Assembly: GCF_001194135.2 (NCBI RefSeq) | Contig: NC_069004.1 | Span: forward strand, 32,345,343 to 32,392,053 | DNA from: Octopus bimaculoides | Taxonomy: Eukaryota | Length of the DNA stretch: 46,711 nucleotides | Direction of reading: 5' to 3' | Shown here: piece by piece, positions 26,441-46,711 of the stretch | Position numbering within the stretch: the stretch's first letter is position 1 | Layout: every line of letters starts with the position of its first letter | The notes under the pieces: model-generated | Told to the model about the DNA's origin: nothing | The model's database searches: none | What the model saw: the letters and a program-made list of their open reading frames with translations, nothing else | Translations under genes and position numbers: made by a program

Positions 26441-27470
26441 TCGTCTGTCTTTACATTCTGCCGAGGTCGACTTTGCCTTTCATCCTTTCAGGGGTTGCTA
26501 AATTAAGTACCAGTTGCGTACTGGTGTCGATCTAATCGACTGCCCCCCCCCTCTTTCTGCTGTTTATTCTAACAAACTTCTCTCTCTCATTATATATGTG
26601 TGTGTGTGTGTGTACACATACTGTATAATTACTTAAGCACCACCCCACTGGTCATTGTCCAATTACACACACACACACACACATTACATTATTCTCAGTG
26701 TTATCCACTCCACTCCACCCACGACCAGCTCCCTACCTTCAGCTTATAGTTTCTTACACATTGTGTTGGTCCTTGTCCAATAGCACATATGCATACACAC
26801 ACACACACACGAACACACACACACACACACACTATGGCATTCTCCTCCCACCACCACCACCACCCAAACATCCCCCCCCCCCAACCTACAAACAGCCAAT
26901 GATCTAAAAACTCTTCTGGCTGTTGTTGGTGTTGCTGTTGTTTTTGCAACTGGATATAATTTTAGCCCTCCTGTCTGACCTATGACCAAAGTGTGTTCTG
27001 GACATTGGTCATCTTCTTGTTAATGTTACTGTTATTCTTGTAGTGTTATAGTAGTTGTGTGCTCCTCTCTCTCTCTATCTGTCTGTCTGTCTCTCTCTTT
27101 AGCTCTTCCTCCCTCCCTCTCTCTTTCCCTCTCTCTCTCTACCTCTCTCTCTGTCTGTTTCTCTCTTTCCCTACCCGTCTGTCTGTCTTTCTCTCTGTCT
27201 CTTCCCCCCCTCTCTCTCTGTCTTTTACTGTTTGTCTACTCTCCCTCTTTATTCCCCCCACCGTGTTTCTAGTATCTCCCCTCTTTCCCTCTCTGTCTTT
27301 TATCTCTCTCTCTCTCCCTTTCTCCCTTTCCTTTCCCCATCTCTCCCTCTCTCTTTCCCTCCGTCGCCTTTCTATCTTCCACCTCCTCTCTACCTATCTA
27401 CCTCTTCTTCCCTTGTCTCTCCCTCACCCCCTCTCTCTGCCCTTATCCCCCCTCCCTCTTTAAACTGTAG

Positions 27471-42445
<14,975 letters not shown>

Positions 42446-43002
42446 GTAGGATTGTGTCTGCAATTCGTAGGAGTGGTTGTTAAAATGTTTATGTCTCTAA
42501 TGTCCCTAAGGGGCCCTTAAGAAGGGGTTAGTTTCTAGATTAGCTCTGGTGTGGTAAGTGGTAAACCAGATGGGGGATGTGCTTACTATTTCAAATATGA
42601 TGATGGTTGATTACAAATAACATTCACTCCAGGGTCCTGGGGGTTGTTTCGACGATCAGTGTTTACCTTCGGTCACAGGGTGTTTATGAAAGATAACATA
42701 TGCTTATGTGAAGGTGCATGGCCTAAGGGTTGGGGTGTGACACTCATGATCATGAGATCAGGGTTTCAGTTCCTGGACCAGACGATGCATTGTGTTCTTG
42801 AGCAAAACACTTCATTTCACTTTGCTTCAGTCCACTCAGCTGTAAATGGTTGACCCTACAACAAACTAGCATTCCGATTGGGGAAAATGTTGACCTGTCC
42901 ACCTGACCAGTGGGATGGCATCATTTGTAAGCTATGAGGAAGTGCATTGTGACCAGCAGCGTATAACAACATCTGATAGTTTGGTTGATACAGTGATATA
43001 TA

Positions 43003-43067
<65 letters not shown>

Positions 43068-43418
43068 ATAACAATAACAATAATAACAATAATTCTAGGA
43101 TGGAGTTCATAAATATTTAATACATCTGTATGTACGTTTCCACAAATGACATCAGTCTTCACTGGCTCCCATGCCGGTGGCACATAAGAAGCACCATCCA
43201 AACGTGGTCGATGCCAGCCCCCTCTGGCTCCCATGCTGGTGGCACATAAGAAGCACCATCCAAACCTGGTTGATGCCAGCCCCCTCTGGTCCCTGTGCCG
43301 GTGGCATGTAAAAAGCACCCACTACACTCTCAGAGTGGTTGGCGTTAGAAGCACTGCCTGATCATCTCTTATCCTCCATGTCTTGAAAGAAAATCAGTCC
43401 AGTCTAATATTTCATTCA

Positions 43419-43472
<54 letters not shown>

Positions 43473-43482
43473 CTCTCACACT

Positions 43483-43520
<38 letters not shown>

Positions 43521-43582
43521 TATGTATAAATGTACGTACATGATGATTGCCACTTCTTTACAGAAGAAGGCCATCTCTTCAA

Positions 43583-44128
43583 TTAATAAATACCGTCATG
43601 AGATCTTATATGACTAGCAAGTCTTGCTCTTGACAAACAAACTCTACTGCAGATCTTAGAAATATTTCTAAGCAGAAAAGTGTCTGAGATTGTAGTTAAG
43701 TCTTGGCTACGAAATGCTCGTTTCAAGATAGATTGTTCAATTCTTTGAGCTTCAAATGCTTTACATCTATTGTAGATCATTTGTTTCCAAACCAATTGAT
43801 CTTGCGTCATCTGCTTCCAGTCTTCAACTTCCTTAAGGTTGCTTTTGACAGCATCCCTAAAACGTTTCTTAGGTTTATGTCTCGGACGTTTGCCATGCTG
43901 CAACTCCCCATAAAACAACTGCTTTGGCAACCTGTCATCCTAGCAAGGTGCCCAACCCAACGCATCTGATTGCGTATGAGGATCATTTCAATACTGGATG
44001 TGTTAGTTTGCTGAAGAACAACAGTGTCTGGTGTTAAAGACTTCCATTCCATGTCTAGTATCCTCCTTAGGCAAGTCTGATAGAATCGTTCTAAAGCCTT
44101 GATGTGGCACTGATATGTCATCCAGGTC
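43583..44128 (-). mobile_element. 5'-truncated RTE-clade LINE, 3' end of the ORF, frameshifted
   Basis: Peptides HIKALERFYQTCLRRIL...SIEMILIRNQMRWVGHLARM and PKQLFYGELQHGKRPRHKPKKRFRDAVKSNLK are typical of the region after the RT domain in RTE/BovB-like LINEs. Confidence 0.85.
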
Positions 44129-45159
44129 ATACATACACACATACATACGGTGGGCTTCTTTCAGTTTCCATTTGTCAAATCCATTCACAAGTCTTTGGTT
44201 GCCTCTTGGTTATAGTGGAAGACACTTGGTCAAGGTGCCACACAGTGGGACTGAAGCCAAAACATGATTGAGAAGCAAACTTCTTATGCACACTGCCAAG
44301 TCTCCACCTAATAATGCTAAATCACTCCAGTTCAGTTGAAACGACAGAGTTCTACTCCAGATCTTCTGGGAATATTATCTGCACTAAATGACCATCATAT
44401 CCTGTGAGGTTGATGGTGGTGGTGGTGGGTGATTGAATTATTTCTTATCTTTTCTAACATCTTGAAACATGAGATAAGTAGTAGCTCCTCCCCCTACCAC
44501 TTCCATAAATGACCCCCCACTCCACCCTTATGGTTTTTGTAAGCATTTACATTTACTAAAAAATCTGTTGCATGTAACAGAAGCAGTATTAGATTAAAAA
44601 TGCCATCTGTGTATCATACTTAATGCAAATACATTGTGAAAAGGCAAATTCCACCTTGTTGGATTTTCTCTGTAGCATGTACCAGCTGCCAACCATATGC
44701 TACCTCAAATCCATCACAATACCATTGATTTTTTTTTTATCAGTCACTGTTTTTCTCTTTCACTAGTGATGGATTTTGTCTTAGCATTCAGTCAACAGTG
44801 AGTAAATACTATTGATAAAGCTCAAAAAGAGAGAAATGCACATCTAATGTTTTCACTACAGCTGCTGAACAATTGTCATCTGCTCCTGATGTGTGAGGTC
44901 TGATGAAAAACAGTATAGGGACCGTTACTATGGTAACGGAGTTAAATACACAGTGAAGCCACTTGGCACAGATTGACCTTGAACTCTGTTGCATATGCAC
45001 ACTAAGTTATGATGTTTGTGCTCAATTCCGTTGTTTGTAACAGAGCTTGGAAGTAAAGTGTGTAGAGTGTGGTCGTCTCGAAAAGAATATCAGGTTCCAG
45101 CTGTGGAGGATCTCTTTGATTGCATTGAGGAAGACAAAAAAATTTAAAGACAGTCAAAA

Positions 45160-45463
45160 CAAGTGATGAATCATGGGTTTATGGCTATGACCCCGAAACC
45201 AAAGCTCAGTCTTCACTATGGAAGATACCCCAAAAGATTTCAAGACATTGAAGAAATCCAACAGAATGGAATGAGACAACTTCTTGCTGTCCTAGAAAAG
45301 GAGTTCAAGGAATGCTTCCAACGATGGCAAAAAACAAAGCTGGATAAAAGGTGTATGGCTTCAGAAGGGGTCTACTTCGAAGGTGATTAAATGCCAAATT
45401 GGTATCTGTTGTAGTTTTACTTTTTATAGCACCATTCCTGGTACTTTTTGATTAAACCTTGTA
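45160..45463 (+). mobile_element. Internally deleted mariner element, 3' part
   Basis: (G)DESWVYGYDPETKAQSSLWK fused directly to RFQDIEEIQQN...EFKECFQRWQK...CMASEGVYFEGD*, followed by a TIR-like end. Confidence 0.85.
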
Positions 45464-45983
45464 TTTGTGTTTTTAGGCACAGCACATCCATATGAGATAT
45501 TATCTCTGAATTAATAATTAAAATGCCTTTTCATAATGTATCTGCATTAAGTATGATAGACAGATAGCTATATGTTACCACCTTTGATAAATATTGCATC
45601 CTTGACTGCTAAATATGTTAGCAAGAAATACAAGAGGGCTGATGAGGTTTAAGAGGCCCGTGGTATTTTAACCATAGTTTCATATGTAGTAAATCTGTCA
45701 TTGTCATCATCATCACTTTAACGTCCAATTTATCATACTTTCATGGGTCAGATGAAATTTATTGAGGTAGATTTTCTACAGCTTGATGCCCTTCCTGTCA
45801 TCAACCCTCGCCCGTTTCCAAGCAAAGTAATATTGCCCCATGGCTAGACATTTTCTTGTTGGATATCATAAATGAATGACACTGCTTGTGAATCACTGAC
45901 ACTTGTCTTCACAATTATCATATGACATCAAGACAAGGAGACCCCTAATATATCATTATGTCATGCTATTGTGTGTATATGTT

Positions 45984-46014
<31 letters not shown>

Positions 46015-46324
46015 TATATATATATGAGAAGAGGAAAAAAGCAATGTCAGATTTAAGTTCTGGCATTGATGATTTTATCAGTTATAAAATTGTTCCCAAA
46101 CCCTTTATGACTTATTGTAGAATGCACAGACTACATGCCATGTTGCAACAATTGATTTTGAAAATGTTATTGGGAAGGTCTAGAAAAGTTAGAATAATAT
46201 GTTTAGAAAGCTTATTGTTGTAGACCAAACATAAAAATAAAAAAACTAATAAGGAAATATAAAAAAAAAAACTTTGATAAAAAAAAAGATTCAACTTGAA
46301 CATAATTGTTTTCAATACCTTTAT

Positions 46325-46357
<33 letters not shown>

Positions 46358-46711
46358 TGTGTCTGGGAATATAAATTGGGCTATGTGTGTATATGTGTAG
46401 GTACAGGTGTGGTTGTGTAGTAAGAAGTTTACTTCCAAACTACATGGTTCTGGGTTCAGTCCCACTCTTGGCATGTTGGGTATGTGTGTATATTGATGTT
46501 GATGTGTTTAACCCCGTAACATAGCTGTTTGGCAAAAAAGACTGATAAAATAAGTAGCAGGCTTTAAAAAAAAAAGTACTGGGATTGATTCATTCAACGA
46601 AAAATTCTTCAAGGCAGTGCCCCAGCATGACCACCCCACCCCCTCCACCGGAAGTTCATTCGTCTGTCATCCCTCTGTCATCCCACCCCCTCCACCGGAA
46701 GTTCATTCCTC

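Overview
AT-rich, repeat-saturated animal genomic DNA from a gapped short-read scaffold with many N runs. The SINE families and extreme microsatellite load point to an octopod cephalopod (inference, recalled from Octopus repeats). Nearly all ORFs in the supplied track are microsatellite or SINE artefacts. The real coding signal is a spliced + strand gene for a doublecortin (DCX) domain protein, most like the DCDC2 family. Its exons are 27471-27571, 33549-33588, 34428-34562, 35842-35976, a possible 12-nt microexon at 40932-40943, and 42335-42445, and all of these splice in phase. A perfect palindromic RFX X-box at 18772-18784 marks a likely ciliary-gene promoter upstream. The rest is tRNA-derived SINEs (at least 4 families), RTE-LINE 3' fragments and short derivatives, decayed Tc1/mariner pieces, hAT-, piggyBac- and MULE-like MITEs, several long foldbacks and minisatellites. 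The most unusual items are two degenerate minimal hammerhead-ribozyme folds of Penelope type (28765-28810, 29582-29617), a dense set of intronic foldbacks, and a possible SINE-terminated DCX-only isoform. I found no convincing wholly new biological system. The ends of the gene model are unresolved.
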